From positions 1-32,895 of the forward strand of contig DAOWJH010000086.1 in assembly GCA_030640495.1 (NCBI GenBank): 32,895 nt of DNA. Reading direction: 5' to 3'. Shown piece after piece: positions 16,822 to 25,421 of this stretch. The translations under genes were made by a program, and so were the position numbers. Numbering within the stretch: the stretch's first letter is position 1; each line of letters starts with the position of its first letter. This stretch comes from Dehalococcoidia bacterium. GTDB lineage: Bacteria > Chloroflexota > Dehalococcoidia > Dehalococcoidales > DAOWJH01. The notes under the pieces were generated by a model. That model did not search any database, was not told the origin of the DNA, and saw nothing but the letters and a program-made list of their open reading frames with translations.

Positions 16822-17075
16822 TTAAAGTCCATAAGGAGATATGGTGCCCAGACCAAGGGTGACCAGTCAGGTGGTGAGCTGGGTTGAACAGGAGCTTCGC
16901 CGCCACCGAGTTCCATTAATAAGAACAGCGTCCGATGCTTTGCCTCGGAGTGGCTCAATAAGGCTACGGAGATTGTAAAAAGTAAGCGGGGAGACCTGGA
17001 AGGGGGTGATATTGGCAGAGATAAAATTTAAAAACCAGCAGTAAAAGTCAGCAAAATATATGACGAGGAGGAAAT
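16822..17075 (+). promoter_or_regulatory. Long conserved 5' leader of TRAP operon 1 (candidate cis-regulatory RNA)
   Basis: About 250 nt lie between the promoter and the dctP start. The core at 16934-17014 aligns at roughly 70-75% identity (by eye) with the leader of operon 3 (29974-30055, minus strand). Confidence 0.4.
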
Positions 17076-18275
17076 ATGATTGGAGGTAAAAAGATTAAGC
17101 CTTTAGTGTTTGTTAGTTTAGCTTTAGTTCTAGCGCTCTCTCTAGTGGCTGGTGCTTGTGCTCCAGCGGCACCAGAGGAGGCTGCCGAGGAGGTTGCCGC
17201 GCTGGAATCAAAGTTAGCTGCGGAAAAGTCCAAAGTCTCTAGTCTGGAGGGCGAGGTTTCTGACCTGGAGGGCGAGGTTTCTGACCTGGAGGGCGAGATT
17301 GCTGAGCTAAGAGCACCGGCTGAGGTGTTTGAGTGGAAGTTCCAAACGTGGGCTACCCCGGGAGACATAGACTTTGCGGGCTACCAACTTTCAATAGAAG
17401 AGCTTAAGGCGGCATCTGACGGCCGGATAGATATTGAACTATTTGGTGTCGGGGTGCTAGTGGGAGGGGTTGAGGCAATTGAAGCTGAGGGCGCAGGAAT
17501 AATTGATGGAAGTTTCGCCTTTGGTGGCTATTATTCGGGTTATGACTTCGCCTTTGGAGTCGCCGGCTCCCCAGCCTCCCTCTTCCCAGACTTTAGGACC
17601 CATACGCTGTGGTTCGAGGAGTTTGGCGGTATCGAGCTAATGAGAGAACTTTACGGCGGGTACAATATTTATTATGTCTGCCCAATAGAGCTGGTTGCCG
17701 AAGCTATAAACTCCGTGGTCCCCATCAGGAACCTTGATGACCTTCAGGGATTAAAAATCAGATTGGGGGGTGGGGGTTTTTGTGCTGAGGTCTTTACCAG
17801 GGCGGGAGCCGTAGTTCACTTTATATCTGGAGGCGAGATTTATTCGGCGCTGGATACAGGGCTTGTTGAAGCTGGTGAATTCGTAGGCCCAACCACGAAT
17901 TGGGCGCTCGGTCTCCATGAGGTTACAGACTATGTCTTATGGCCGGCACCTCATAATAGAACGATATACACCGAGCTGACGCTAAATATGGATGTCTGGG
18001 AAGGGTTGCCTGACAACCTCAAGGATCTCATTCATGCGGCGCGACATACAATTTCAGCGAACAACCGTTACAGAATACTGGCTGCCGATTTGGACACAAT
18101 AGACAAGATGGTTGCTTTAGGTCTAGAGCACACAGTGTTCGCACCTGAGAGTTGGAAGGTGCTGGAGGAGTTGAGTTTTGAAGTCGCTTTAGAGTCCAAG
18201 GAGAAGAGCCCAATGAGTGAGAGGATGATTACCTCACAACTTGATTTGTTGGAGCGCCTAGGGTACATAGATTAG
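17076..18275 (+). CDS. dctP: TRAP transporter solute-binding protein (DctP-type) with lipoprotein signal and N-terminal coiled-coil stalk
   Basis: Signal peptide with lipobox-like LVAGAC. Heptad segment at residues ~40-80. DctP-family features (GLKIR, YSALDTGLVEAGE). Followed by dctQ and dctM. Confidence 0.8.
   Translation: MIGGKKIKPLVFVSLALVLALSLVAGACAPAAPEEAAEEVAALESKLAAEKSKVSSLEGEVSDLEGEVSDLEGEIAELRAPAEVFEWKFQTWATPGDIDFAGYQLSIEELKAASDGRIDIELFGVGVLVGGVEAIEAEGAGIIDGSFAFGGYYSGYDFAFGVAGSPASLFPDFRTHTLWFEEFGGIELMRELYGGYNIYYVCPIELVAEAINSVVPIRNLDDLQGLKIRLGGGGFCAEVFTRAGAVVHFISGGEIYSALDTGLVEAGEFVGPTTNWALGLHEVTDYVLWPAPHNRTIYTELTLNMDVWEGLPDNLKDLIHAARHTISANNRYRILAADLDTIDKMVALGLEHTVFAPESWKVLEELSFEVALESKEKSPMSERMITSQLDLLERLGYID
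17244..17306 (+). repeat. 21-nt (one heptad) tandem repeat: two perfect copies and one imperfect copy
   Basis: CTGGAGGGCGAGGTTTCTGAC at 17244-17264 and 17265-17285, then CTGGAGGGCGAGATTGCTGAG at 17286-17306. This encodes LEGEVSD LEGEVSD LEGEIAE. Confidence 0.95.
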
Positions 18276-18301
18276 TGGTATAGACGACTATAGTTACAAG
18301 T

Positions 18302-18337
18302 CTGGGGGGTGTAGGGTAGTTTCACTATGCCCCCCAG
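18302..18337 (+). other. Intercistronic hairpin between dctP1 and dctQ1
   Basis: CTGGGGGG (18302-09) and CCCCCCAG (18330-37) form an 8-bp GC-rich stem with a 20-nt loop. There is no clear U-tract. Confidence 0.35.
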
Positions 18338-18423
18338 TGTTTGTGAACTTCATTAGAATTTTGATTAAAAACTTAATACATTCCATAATATAGCCCTTAT
18401 TATATAAGGACGGTTCATAAGGA

Positions 18424-18927
18424 ATGAAGTCTTTTTTGTCAGTTATTGACAGCATGAGTGAATGGTCGGGAAAAATCTTTTCCTTTTTAGTGTTGGCGGC
18501 AGTCCTGGTAGCAACCTACGAAGTGGTAATGAGGTATGCCTTTAACGCCCCTACCGTGTGGAGTCTTGACCTGACCATATTTTTGTGTGGTGCCACCTAT
18601 GTGATGGCGGGAGCCTATGCCCATTACCATAACGCCCATGTTAAGATAGAGGCATTGTATGGGCGCTGGACGCCACGGACGAGGGCTATGGTTGACTTGT
18701 TGGTTACTGCTCCGCTGTTATTTGGCTTTTGTGGTGTGCTGGTATGGGTAGGGATAGGATGGACTTGGGAGGCCATAGTCGGAAAGATAACCTATTATAC
18801 AGAGTGGCACGCGCCCATCTGGCCGATGAGGCTGATAATAACCTTAGCCGCCTTTCTTCTGCTACTTCAGGGATTGGCTAAATTCATTCGCGACCTGGCT
18901 ACTATCAAGGGAAAGGGAGCAGTATGA
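18424..18927 (+). CDS. dctQ: TRAP transporter small permease
   Basis: 167 aa with 4 predicted transmembrane segments. Its stop overlaps the dctM start (ATGA). It is a paralog of 22438-22950 and 28164-28679. Confidence 0.85.
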   Translation: MKSFLSVIDSMSEWSGKIFSFLVLAAVLVATYEVVMRYAFNAPTVWSLDLTIFLCGATYVMAGAYAHYHNAHVKIEALYGRWTPRTRAMVDLLVTAPLLFGFCGVLVWVGIGWTWEAIVGKITYYTEWHAPIWPMRLIITLAAFLLLLQGLAKFIRDLATIKGKGAV

Positions 18928-20243
18928 GTCCCGAGCTGGTTACTGTGGTGATGGTGGGCTCCTTTTTTGTATTGCTGGCAGTAGGGGTTCCTCTTGCCTG
19001 GGCTGCTGCCGCCGTGGGTCTGGCAGTCGGTTTCATCCTGTCGGGTCCCGACATTTTCCCTATGCTCGTTTACCGCATCTGGAACACAATGTGCAGCTGG
19101 AGTCTGATAGCTGTTCCCCTGTTTGTCTTCATGGCGAATATGCTGCAACATTCTGGAATAGCCGATGACCTGTATGAAGCCTTTTACCGTTGGTTGGGTC
19201 CGATTAGAGGCGGCCTGGCAATGGCCAGTGTGGCAGTCTGCACCCTTGTGGCGGCGATGCTGGGGACAGCCGGAGCCGGTGTAACCATAATGGGGCTCAT
19301 TGCTCTCCCGGCTATGCTCAAGCGCAAATATGACAAACGTTTAGCCTGTGGGAGTATTGTTGCCGGTGGTAGTCTAGGAGTGCTCATCCCACCCAGCATA
19401 ATGTTTATCATTTATGGCATGTTCGCCGGCGTATCAATAGGGAAGTTGTTCATGGGTGGCATCCTCCCAGGCTTGCTCCTTTCTTTCTTGTACATTAGCT
19501 ATATAGGCATCAGGTGTTACTTGAATCCACAGGCTGGTCCAGCACCATCCAAGGAAGAAAGAGCAGCAATTACCTTACGCCTAAAAATCACTGCTACCAG
19601 GAGCTTAATCCTACCCATCTTGCTCATCGTGGCCGTTTTAGGGTCTATTTTCAGCGGAATAGCTACCCCTGGGGAAGCAGCCGGGGTAGGGGCTATAGGG
19701 GCGATGTTATGTGCTGCTGTCCGTCGCCAATTTACCTGGCAAAATTTGAAGCTATCACTCTACGGAACTATGAGGACCATCGGTCTGGTTATGTGGATTG
19801 TATTTGGAGGTATGATCTTCATCACTATTTATACACTTGCCGGCGCCACCGACTTTGTAAGTGGGGTGCTATTTGCACTGCCCTTAGGTCCTTGGGGCAC
19901 CCTCATTGTAATCCAAGTCATACTAATCCTCCTGGGAATGGTTCTTGAGACTATCAGCATTATTGTGCTATGTGTGCCCATCTTCGTCCCCGTTATCACC
20001 GCCTTGGGCTTTAGCCCCCTATGGTTCGGAGTTCTGTTCAACATTAATCTGCAGATAGCTTACTTATCGCCGCCCTTTGGCTACTCCCTGTTCTATCTGA
20101 AAGGGGTGGCGCCTCCGGAGATAAGTGTCACCGACCTTTACCTTAGCGTCTGGCCTTTTATAATACTTCAGTTGATTGGTCTGGTTCTGTGCATGATATT
20201 CCCCCCGATAATCCTGTGGCTTCCTGGTATGATGATAAAATAG
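18924..20243 (+). CDS. dctM: TRAP transporter large permease
   Basis: 439 aa polytopic membrane protein. Conserved segments GGLAMASV...GLIALPAMLKRKYD...GSLGVLIPPS...LSPPFGYSLFYLKGVAPP are shared with the two other copies. Confidence 0.9.
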   Translation: MSPELVTVVMVGSFFVLLAVGVPLAWAAAAVGLAVGFILSGPDIFPMLVYRIWNTMCSWSLIAVPLFVFMANMLQHSGIADDLYEAFYRWLGPIRGGLAMASVAVCTLVAAMLGTAGAGVTIMGLIALPAMLKRKYDKRLACGSIVAGGSLGVLIPPSIMFIIYGMFAGVSIGKLFMGGILPGLLLSFLYISYIGIRCYLNPQAGPAPSKEERAAITLRLKITATRSLILPILLIVAVLGSIFSGIATPGEAAGVGAIGAMLCAAVRRQFTWQNLKLSLYGTMRTIGLVMWIVFGGMIFITIYTLAGATDFVSGVLFALPLGPWGTLIVIQVILILLGMVLETISIIVLCVPIFVPVITALGFSPLWFGVLFNINLQIAYLSPPFGYSLFYLKGVAPPEISVTDLYLSVWPFIILQLIGLVLCMIFPPIILWLPGMMIK

Positions 20244-20471
20244 AAGCATTAGAAGGTTATGCCAGTTAAGGAGTACACAGTTCTCCCTTGAAGAGAGTGC
20301 TTATGGGTTGACTTTCTATTCTTTCGTCTCATGTTTTGCGCTGCCTCAAATAACCCCTGCTCTTTCATACAATAAAGCCTCTTGCCCACTGTGATTAAAA
20401 TCATAAATATTTTAGACCAAGGGGCTTGACAAGCGGTTGTATAATAGGATTAATATAGGTTAGCCTAGATG

Positions 20472-20497
20472 AGTGTCGTATAAGAGTATCGTATAAG
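20472..20497 (+). promoter_or_regulatory. Tandem 13-mer direct repeat upstream of marR (candidate operator)
   Basis: AGTGTCGTATAAG (20472-84) is immediately followed by AGTATCGTATAAG (20485-97), 12/13 identical. It lies between a TTGACA box (20426-31) and the marR start. Confidence 0.4.
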
Positions 20498-20522
20498 GGT
20501 GTTCTTATTTAATGGAGAGGCG

Positions 20523-20996
20523 ATGAAAGAGTTTGACCCAACGGATGAAGATTATAACCTATGGCTATTTTTAGCCCAAGTAAGAGCTGTAATGTTCAAG
20601 GCTAGACAGAAAGAGGTAAGTCGATACGGTATTACTGCAGGGCAGGCCTCAGCTTTGTTTGTTATTAATGCCCTTGGCGATAGGGCAACGCCTGCCGAAA
20701 TATCAAGGTGGCTTTTCCTGAAGTCTCACTCGGTTTCTGCACTCCTGAATAGGATGGAGAAGCAAGGACTGGTGAAGAGAGCCAAGGACTTACCTAAAAA
20801 GAACCTGGTGAGAGTTGCGTTAACTGAGGAAGGACGTGAACTCTATGGTAACTGTACCAAGCGAGAATCTATGCATAAAATAATGGCTTCGCTAGATAGC
20901 AACTTGCGCCAACAACTGATGGGATGCTTAGAGAAATTACGCGATGCGACGCTGAAATATCTGGAAGAGGAGCGGGAAATGCCGTTTCCGTATTAA
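20523..20996 (+). CDS. MarR family transcriptional regulator
   Basis: Winged-helix region (YGITAGQASALFVINALGDRATPAEISRWLFLKSHSVSALLNRMEKQGLVKR). I prefer the ATG at 20523 (GGAGAGG Shine-Dalgarno site) over the GTG at 20499. Confidence 0.85.
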   Translation: MKEFDPTDEDYNLWLFLAQVRAVMFKARQKEVSRYGITAGQASALFVINALGDRATPAEISRWLFLKSHSVSALLNRMEKQGLVKRAKDLPKKNLVRVALTEEGRELYGNCTKRESMHKIMASLDSNLRQQLMGCLEKLRDATLKYLEEEREMPFPY

Positions 20997-21143
20997 GGGT
21001 CATCGTTGACTCAATAGAGTGATGCTCAGGTCTTCTAGAAGCTTTCCTTTTCATGCCTGACACTGAGACCGACAACATTGCTAAAGGAGGTGGGAAATGA
21101 GGTAGTTAATTAAATACCCAGGGTGACTAATTTTTAGGAGGTT

Positions 21144-22304
21144 ATGGAATTGAAAACTAAAAGACTATTGATGCTAGTTGGTAGTGTTTGTCTAGCCGTG
21201 ATGCTAGCACTGCCGCTGGTGGCAAGTTGTGGTCCAGCAGCACCAGAGGAGGGTGCCGAGGCTGAGCTAGAAGCGAAGCTAGCTGCAGAGAAGGCGAAGG
21301 TCTCTAGTCTGGAGGACGAGGTTGCCGACCTGGAGGACGAGATTGCCGGGCTAAGAGCACCAGGTGAGGTATATAAATGGAGACTGGCTGATGAATATGG
21401 CGCCGCGATGACTAGCTGGTGTCTCGACCCCCTTATTGCTGATATTAGCGACATGAGCGGTGGGCTAATTAAAATTGAGGGATACGCTTCAGGAGTGCTA
21501 GTGCCGGATGACCAGGCGCTTGATGCCTTAGATAAGAATATCATTGATATGGCACGTACTGCGTCAGCCTACTTTGCTGATAAGATGGACACCGCCATGC
21601 TCAATTGTTTGCCCTTTATTTGGCAAGATGATGTAGAGTGCGAGATACTCCTTCATAAATTAGGGCTTGAGGACATTATCCGTGAAGGCTATGCTGATCT
21701 TGGCGCTTACTATCTAAGCGAAAGTATGTCAGGTCCATACTATATGTTAACAAACACGCCTGTCACCTGTATTGCAGATTTACAACCGCTCAAGATCAGG
21801 GCTACCGCCACTAATACTCCCTGGCTAGCGGAGCTAGGGGTGTCAAGCACCTACTACCCTGCCGCCGAACTCTACACTTCATTATCTACAGGTATTGTTG
21901 ATGGGGCTATCTACGGGGGAGCGACTGACTACACAGATCTGGGGCTATTTGAGGTTGCCACATATATTATAAAGCCGACGGTTTACAATCCAGCATGCGA
22001 CCTGTACCTAGTAAGCCTGGACCTGTGGAACTCACTGCCTAAGAATCTTCAAACAATCCTGACCGCAGCAGGTAGGAAAAGCAGCCGCTTTATATACAAT
22101 GAGTTCCAGAGAAGAGAGATTGTCGACCTGGCGGCGGCCATGGAAACTTATGGCGTCACTGTAACCCATCTTCCAGCTGAAGACCAAGCACTGATATTCC
22201 AAGCAGCCGACAAGCAGTGGGACGAACAAGCTGCACGGAGTGAGCGCACTGCAAGAGGAATTGAAATTATCAGAAGCTGGCACGAAATTCTACGCGGCTC
22301 GTAG
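21144..22304 (+). CDS. dctP: TRAP transporter solute-binding protein (DctP-type) with lipobox and coiled-coil stalk
   Basis: Lipobox LVASC, then PAAPEE and the heptads LEAKLAAEKAKVSSLEDEVADLEDEIAGL. Also LKIR and LSTGIVDGAIYG motifs. AGGAGG Shine-Dalgarno site. Confidence 0.8.
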   Translation: MELKTKRLLMLVGSVCLAVMLALPLVASCGPAAPEEGAEAELEAKLAAEKAKVSSLEDEVADLEDEIAGLRAPGEVYKWRLADEYGAAMTSWCLDPLIADISDMSGGLIKIEGYASGVLVPDDQALDALDKNIIDMARTASAYFADKMDTAMLNCLPFIWQDDVECEILLHKLGLEDIIREGYADLGAYYLSESMSGPYYMLTNTPVTCIADLQPLKIRATATNTPWLAELGVSSTYYPAAELYTSLSTGIVDGAIYGGATDYTDLGLFEVATYIIKPTVYNPACDLYLVSLDLWNSLPKNLQTILTAAGRKSSRFIYNEFQRREIVDLAAAMETYGVTVTHLPAEDQALIFQAADKQWDEQAARSERTARGIEIIRSWHEILRGS

Positions 22305-22437
22305 GAAGATTTGGTCTGCCGAAGTTCCCGGTGCACAAGCAATATTTGTCACTCGTGGTCGCCTTGGCTCCTGGAGAGGGGGCTAGGGTGGCCACGAAAA
22401 CAATAAGCTTAAATCAAGAAAGGGAAAGTTGGACTAA

Positions 22438-22950
22438 GTGCTGAAATTAAAGCGTGTCCTCAGCACAATTGATGCCATAAGTAAGTGGTCAGGCTATGTC
22501 GTCATGTTCGGGACACTGGTGATAACTCTTTTTCTAACCATCGAAGTGGTAGCCCGATATGTATTTAATGCCCCTACTCTATGGGCTACAGAGTCTACCT
22601 CCATTGCTTATGGTATTATGGTACTCATCGCCGGAGCGTATGTCCTTATCACCGGTGGGCATGTCAATATGGATGCACTATACAACCGCCTCTCCCCAAG
22701 GAGAAAAGCCGCTCTGGACATATTTACTTCTGTTTTTTTCTTTACCTTTTGTGTCATATTGTTGCGGAATGGAATTCCATTGGCAATTAAGGCTATAGTA
22801 TTGCAGGAGCACTCTCAAAGTGCCTGGGGAGCCCCATGGTGGCCAACAAGGATAGCAATACCCATAGGGGCTTTCTTAATACTGCTTCAAGGATTGGCTA
22901 AGTTAATCCGTGATTTTTATACTGCTGTGACGGGAAGTAAGTTGGTATGA
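22438..22950 (+). CDS. dctQ: TRAP transporter small permease
   Basis: 170 aa with 4 transmembrane segments. GTG start per the ORF track. 4-nt overlap with the dctM start. Confidence 0.8.
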   Translation: MLKLKRVLSTIDAISKWSGYVVMFGTLVITLFLTIEVVARYVFNAPTLWATESTSIAYGIMVLIAGAYVLITGGHVNMDALYNRLSPRRKAALDIFTSVFFFTFCVILLRNGIPLAIKAIVLQEHSQSAWGAPWWPTRIAIPIGAFLILLQGLAKLIRDFYTAVTGSKLV

Positions 22951-24275
22951 GCATTGAACTTATTTCGTTATTGATGTTCGGCAGTATGCTATTACTCATA
23001 TTAAGCGGATTACCTATAGCTTTTGCCTTAGGTGGTCTATCAGTTATATTTGTTTCTTTGCTATGGGGTCCTGAAGCAATAGAGCTGATTCTCTACGCAA
23101 CCATGGATGTACAAAATATGTACACTATCGTGTGCGTTCCTGGTTTTGTCTTCACCGGGATTATTCTACAAAACTCTGGCATTGCCGATGACATGTTCGA
23201 CACAATACGAAAATGGTCTGGCCGACTCAAAGGTGGGTTGGCAATCGGTGTGGTGATTATTTGTGCTCTCTTCGGCGCTATGGTAGGAATAGCTGCAGTG
23301 GGTACCCTGACTATGGGGCTCATTGCCCTTCCGGCTATGCTTAAGCGCCACTATGATAAAGAACTAGCGATGGGGACCATTCAGGCTGGAGGTGCACTGG
23401 GTTGTCTCATTCCCCCTAGCGTCGTCTTCGCTCTTTATGGAGTTATCGCCCGACAGTCAATTGGGCAACTGTTCATGGCAGGGCTTTTCCCCGGGCTGCT
23501 GCTTGCCGGTTTATTTATTATCTATATAGTGATAAGGTGTCATTTTCAGCCCCACCTCGGGCCTGGACTCCCCCCTGAAGAGAGGGTTTCCTGGAATGAG
23601 AAGTTTGCTTCCCTCAAGGGGCTTATATTTCCTTTCCTTTTAATCTTCCTGGTTCTGGGGCTAATCATGCTGGGTGTTACTACCCCTACTGAAGCCTCTG
23701 CCGTAGGGGCTCTAGGTAGCATTATTGTGGCTATTATTCGTCGGAAGTTTAATTGGCCTATGTTGAAGGATGCCCTCCTGAGTACCATGAAACTCACTGC
23801 CATGGTTGCCTGGATCTTTATAGCCGCTCTGTCCTTTAGCCGAATATACACCGGCTTAGGAGCTGTTGAGCTGCTGGCTGGCTGGCTAGAGGGTATTGGA
23901 TTGGGACCTTGGGGTACCATCATACTGATGCAGGTCAGCTTCTTTCTTATGGGATTCGTCTTGGATGAACAGGCTATGCTTTTCATTGTTGCTCCTATCT
24001 ATATACCCATAGTTGCCGGCTTGGGTTTTGACCTCGTATGGTTTGGGGTTCTCTATGTCATGAATACAGAGATGGCTTTGCTGACACCGCCTTACGGTTT
24101 CAACCTGTTTTACATGAAAAGTATCGTTCCTAAAGGTATAACCATGATGGATATTTATAAATCGGTCATTCCCTACGTAGGGCTTCAAGCGCTGGGGTTA
24201 GCCATGGTCATGATATTTCCACAAATAGCCATGTGGCTTCCAGGCCTGGTATCGGCTAGATTAGCTCAAGGTTAA
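22947..24275 (+). CDS. dctM: TRAP transporter large permease
   Basis: 442 aa and a paralog of 18924-20243 (GLIALPAMLKRHYD, LTPPYGFNLFYMK). Confidence 0.9.
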   Translation: MSIELISLLMFGSMLLLILSGLPIAFALGGLSVIFVSLLWGPEAIELILYATMDVQNMYTIVCVPGFVFTGIILQNSGIADDMFDTIRKWSGRLKGGLAIGVVIICALFGAMVGIAAVGTLTMGLIALPAMLKRHYDKELAMGTIQAGGALGCLIPPSVVFALYGVIARQSIGQLFMAGLFPGLLLAGLFIIYIVIRCHFQPHLGPGLPPEERVSWNEKFASLKGLIFPFLLIFLVLGLIMLGVTTPTEASAVGALGSIIVAIIRRKFNWPMLKDALLSTMKLTAMVAWIFIAALSFSRIYTGLGAVELLAGWLEGIGLGPWGTIILMQVSFFLMGFVLDEQAMLFIVAPIYIPIVAGLGFDLVWFGVLYVMNTEMALLTPPYGFNLFYMKSIVPKGITMMDIYKSVIPYVGLQALGLAMVMIFPQIAMWLPGLVSARLAQG

Positions 24276-24352
24276 GTCTCTAATTTCCGTAAACTTAAAT
24301 AAGTGGATAGCCAAGGTTTGGTAATATGATTAAATACTAAGGAGGTATTAAG

Positions 24353-25414
24353 ATGACTATTACCAAGAAGGAACTTACTGGAAAGGCTCAAACTGTGTTG
24401 GGCCCGATTGATGTGGAGGAACTGGGAATAACTCTACCTCATGAACACTTTCTTCTTGACATGGGGGTTTGGTTTGACCCGCCCAAAATAGCCAGCGAGA
24501 AGGCACTGGCATACCAACCAATCACCATGGAAAACCTCGGCTGGGTGCACTATAACGAGTATAAAAACCTGGATAATGTGCAATTGCTGGATGAAGAGTT
24601 AGCTATTAAGGAAGCTATGCTATTCAAAAAAGAAGGCGGTAAGACAATTGTTGATGTTACCAATGTTAACCTTAGCCGTGACCCTGCAGCCCTAGTGCGT
24701 ATTTCCCAGGTTACAGGTCTCAATATAATTATGGGCTCAGGCTACTACGTAGGTGAGGCACAGGGGGAGGACTTTGACCGTAAGTCTGAAGAGGAGATTG
24801 CAGAAGAAATTGTGCGAGATATTACGGTAGGAGTTGACGACACAGGGATATGCTCTGGGATTATTGGGGAGGTTGGCGGCTCATGGCCTTTACAAGACAG
24901 AGAGAAAAAGAGTTTGCGTGCTTCTGCCCGTGCCCAGAAACTTGCCGGGGCACCAATTACTTTACATACCGGTCGTAACGAAGGTTCACCACTAGAAATG
25001 AGCCAAGTGCTGGATGATGCTGGCGCTGATATGAGCCATGTGGCGGTAGGGCATTTAGACCGCGAGGTCTACTCCCTCAAAAGTCTCCTGGACTTAGCCA
25101 AGGGAGGTTGCTATCTTCAATATGATGGCTTTGGAGACACAGTATTTTACTCGCTGCATCTTGGAGTATACGATAGGCCAAGTGATATACAGCGCATCAG
25201 GCAAATTATGGAACTCATTGACAAGGGATATTTAAACCAGATTCTCATATCGCATGATGTTTGCCTGAAGACAAAGCTTGTTGCTTATGGCGATGGTGGC
25301 TATGCCCATATCTTGCGCAATATCGTACCTCAGATGCGAGCCAGAGGTGTCTCCGCAAAAGAAATACATACCATACTAGTGGAAAACCCAAAACGCTTTC
25401 TGCAGTTTCACTAA
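24353..25414 (+). CDS. Phosphotriesterase-family (PTE/PHP-like) amidohydrolase-fold hydrolase, possibly a lactonase
   Basis: N-terminal metal-binding GITLPHEHFLLD (HxH), an internal HTG, and a later ISHD. It lies 77 nt after dctM2 with a strong Shine-Dalgarno site (AAGGAGG), so it is likely in the same operon. Confidence 0.75.
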   Translation: MTITKKELTGKAQTVLGPIDVEELGITLPHEHFLLDMGVWFDPPKIASEKALAYQPITMENLGWVHYNEYKNLDNVQLLDEELAIKEAMLFKKEGGKTIVDVTNVNLSRDPAALVRISQVTGLNIIMGSGYYVGEAQGEDFDRKSEEEIAEEIVRDITVGVDDTGICSGIIGEVGGSWPLQDREKKSLRASARAQKLAGAPITLHTGRNEGSPLEMSQVLDDAGADMSHVAVGHLDREVYSLKSLLDLAKGGCYLQYDGFGDTVFYSLHLGVYDRPSDIQRIRQIMELIDKGYLNQILISHDVCLKTKLVAYGDGGYAHILRNIVPQMRARGVSAKEIHTILVENPKRFLQFH

Positions 25415-25421
25415 AAGTGAG

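Noticed and set aside
16841-16978. 45-codon ORF in the TRAP-1 leader called as a real protein-coding gene
   Set aside because: It is Arg-rich with no recognisable family. The homologous ORF in the TRAP-3 leader lacks a Shine-Dalgarno site and is shorter. It is kept only as an alternative explanation within the leader finding.
19514-19948. Alternative-frame and antisense ORFs inside the dctM genes (19514-19948 +, 23546-23986 -, 27659-28012 +, and others)
   Set aside because: They lie within well-supported polytopic permease genes whose three paralogs align with each other in the annotated frames.
20262-20366. 34-codon minus-strand ORF downstream of dctM1
   Set aside because: It has no Shine-Dalgarno site and no recognisable similarity. 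Its length is within chance expectation.
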